A stretch of 64,000 bases of DNA. It comes from Tubiluchus corallicola. Lineage: Eukaryota; Animalia; Priapulida. The DNA lies in contig JAQGDQ010000487.1 of assembly GCA_030141605.1 (NCBI GenBank), forward strand, positions 1 through 64,000, written 5' to 3'. This document shows, one piece after another, positions 36,948 through 64,000 of this stretch; within the stretch, counting starts at the first letter, position 1, and every line of letters begins with the position of its first letter. Position numbers and translations under genes: made by a program. The notes beneath the pieces were generated by a model. The model ran no database searches and was not told where the DNA came from. It was given only the letters and a program-made list of their open reading frames with translations.

Positions 36948-37020
36948 CGGTCGGTCGGTCGCTCTCCCTCTCTCTCTCCCTCTCTCCCTCTCCCCCTCTC
37001 CCCCTCCCTCCCTCCCCTTT
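36840..37020. repeat. (CT)n/(CCCT)n polypyrimidine microsatellite
   Basis: Read directly from the sequence. Confidence 0.95.
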
Positions 37021-38680
37021 CACCCTGTATTTAATTAATACCATCCCGCTGCTGTGATCGTATTCACTTTGACATGCGACAGCTAATATTTCGCTGTTTG
37101 AGTACATTTCCAATTGAACTAATTTGATTTCATTATATGTCCGCTTGACAAAGTGACTACGGCATTGTGCTGCACACCCTAATTTGTCACTTTCCTAGTT
37201 TTATTGCCTTGAACTTTGTTGGGCTCCTTTTCTTGTGCAGTAAATGTTAGCGGGAGGGACTGAGATAATGAATTTTACGCTGTTTATGATTATGGTGTTG
37301 TAGATTTTGTAGTTTGAGATGGTGATTTTGTCACTTAACTACCAAAATAAGTTGCAATTTGGAACGATGAATTGTTGTTGATTACTTTTGTGTGTGGGTT
37401 ACTCATTCTGTCGTGCATTCACGTAGTTTATTAACTGATTTGCTGACACGTTGCTCTCACCTTGCCCCTCGTCAAACTTAATAAAACTTGTCAGTTGGTG
37501 AGCCTACGGTTACTGAACGGCTTCATCTGAGAAGATGGGTATGGGCGTTGTATGTTGAGGTAAAAAAGACTTTCCCAGGTCATAGTTATTAAATGTGAAT
37601 AGTAGCGTCAAGTTGAGACAGGTCAACCGATAATTGTGCATGGTGTGTACTGCCAGAAACCTGTAATTGTAGAAGTTTTGCTAAAGATTAATTAAGCTAG
37701 AAGTAATCAGAATTCAGTTATGCTTCATGTACTGGTGAGTATATAATTTCTGTTTTACTCTTTACTCGCGAGCTCGTTGTCTGTAAAGCATTAATTATAT
37801 GCCACAGAGACGCACAGCAAGATATTCCTAAAATAGCTAAAATTATCAGAAGTGGAACTAAAAGTACTGAGACATAAAAAACATATACATATGAATTGAT
37901 GAAACGATAAAAATACCTGTCCATTGATACACCACAGTGAATGTATCATAAAAATCTGTTGCTGTATGTTACGTTATTCCATACAAGCAAGCAGCGTAAC
38001 TGCTGACGATATCAAAAAATTGTGCTGCTCTTTTTTACAGAAGCCTTTTGCACTGTATGAAAAAAACTTCGTCAAATCAAATCAAACCAAAAAGTCGAAT
38101 ATTCTGGTTAGCAATAAGTTATGATGAAAACTAATATTTTACACAACTTTCAAACAAACTTATTTAGAAACTTTCACATCAGCTGGGAAGTAATTCGAAG
38201 AAACAGTTTGTTTGAGACTAACAAAGTGCATTCCACTTTTTATTCGTGTTCTTAAAGACGACTCAGGACAGCACTCTCATATTTTAAAAACTTCCCAATT
38301 TGTTATACAAAAGAATATTATCTCTGGTATAATGATGTCCAATGTTGTTTTTTCTTAAACTTTGTTTGTAAAAATTTGTGCTACCGTGCAATATGTGCGC
38401 AGATCTATTCAGTTTAGTTTTAGTCACATGTTCGCGAGCTGATACCTATTGTTTGCTCATGATTCGTGATTAAAGAGCTTTATTTAAACTAGTGTGGAAT
38501 GTGAAGCATTTGGTTACTCACTGCCGCACATGAAACGACTGCTCACGCATGCGTGCACACACATGTTTTACTTGCATTTATTTGTAAAATGTGCAAACTC
38601 TTGTAACACTCTATGTTTTGGATGATGCCGTTTCGTCGGCTTCTTTAAATCAGTCTGCAATTTTTCTCCAATACTGCTGA

Positions 38681-38696
38681 ATTGTGACGTCACAAT
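38681..38696. promoter_or_regulatory. palindromic CRE (TGACGTCA) upstream of the first GPR155 coding exon
   Basis: attgtgacgtcacaat is a perfect 16-bp palindrome about 450 bp before the ATG. Confidence 0.35.
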
Positions 38697-39145
38697 GTTA
38701 AAAAATTCCCCATGCCACAAAACAACGTCAACAACAAAAACATTTTGCCCAATGTTGAAACTTTATGAAATGACAAACGTTTGTAAATCCATGCACTGAT
38801 GATGAATAATGCATGAACATTCTGTATAGTCTTTGCTTTCTGCTCCTGAAATGATGGTAATAATGCGTGAACACTCTATGTAATCTTTGCTTACCTCTGT
38901 GCTATTAACAGATTATAGATACGTGTTTATAGTTGCCAGTATGCATTGTTTGCTTCACAATGAGTAAATGGCAAAATTTTGTATTACATGAATAACAAGA
39001 CTGGCATCGTGGCGAAATGAACAGCTTTATAGAGTTACTCACAAGTGAGTGAGTAAAAAATATAATTTAATGTTGAATGATCATTTTGTTTTAGAAGCCT
39101 GATGGCGGATATGTGTATCGCCTGTATTATCCACCAGTAAACAAC

Positions 39146-63287
<24,142 letters not shown>

Positions 63288-64000
63288 TCTGTGAAAACAT
63301 CTCCGTACTACAACCTGTAAATTTTAAAAATCTGTTTTTGTGAAAGTACAAGTCTAAATCGGAGAATTAGCTTTAAAGAAAATGCAATAAGGAATCGTTA
63401 ATCTGTTGAATGTCAACGTGCATTGCTGATGTTTACTGGAGAACAGCATAGCAGTGTTTTGAATAGCCAGCCACCATGTTACAATTATCTTCATAATTTC
63501 TTGGTAAATGTTATTAAATGTTGCTGGAGTTTCTATAAATGTTATAATTTATTGCCTTAAAAGAATTGTGTTTATAGAAACTTTTTACCTACAGTCTAGA
63601 AAGTTTATTCAAGTGCTATGAAAAAATCGTAGTCTGAAAGTGTACTTTGCTGTGCAAGTGTTATGTTTATTTAGTTCTGCTGGTAAAACTGCAGCAACTC
63701 CATGAAATTGTTAGCGATTTCTGATTTTAAATCGTTTATTTATATTGCCAAGTTTTATTTGCACAATGAGTTATAAAAACTCATTATGAATATTGGTAAG
63801 TTTATTTTGGACCTGTAGGTAATAACCGACAGGTAAAAGATACCTGTGAACGTGATGTTCACAGAATTTAACTTTTTATAGTACTAGGTGCTAAAGCACA
63901 GTACTTTTTAAATGATGAAGTGTGTTGTCATAATTTTGCAGCATTTCCAAAGGCTTTGATATGCTAAATTTGTCATCATGTAACCATGTTGGTTTAATTT

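Overview
AT-rich eukaryotic DNA, most likely an invertebrate animal, with GT-AG spliceosomal introns. There are no prokaryotic features and no CRISPR array. Genes in order: the 3' end of a gene encoding a Tyr-motif-rich signalling tail (+); WASH1/WASHC1 (-, 5 coding exons); an intronless purple acid phosphatase ACP7-like gene (-); an intronless class A GPCR (+); an intronless 1535-aa DLEC1/CFAP81 (+) downstream of an RFX X-box; and a 17-exon GPR155/LYCHOS (+) with a complete 6-exon cytosolic sulfotransferase nested antisense in its intron 10. Intergenic and intronic DNA holds several MITEs with TIRs and TSDs (Ginger-like, hAT, pogo, Tc1/mariner, Harbinger), LINE relics, a 556-bp tandem duplication, 29-bp and 60-bp minisatellites and microsatellites. 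The most intriguing unexplained items are an orphan perfect X-box followed by a pre-miRNA-like hairpin, a possible 5' exon shared by ACP7 and WASH1, single-exon versions of normally intron-rich genes, a catalytic His-to-Arg change in ACP7, and two fold-back inverted duplications centred on (TA)n tracts. Exon coordinates were read by eye and need transcript confirmation. I did not find a clearly demonstrable new biological system; the candidates below are hypotheses.
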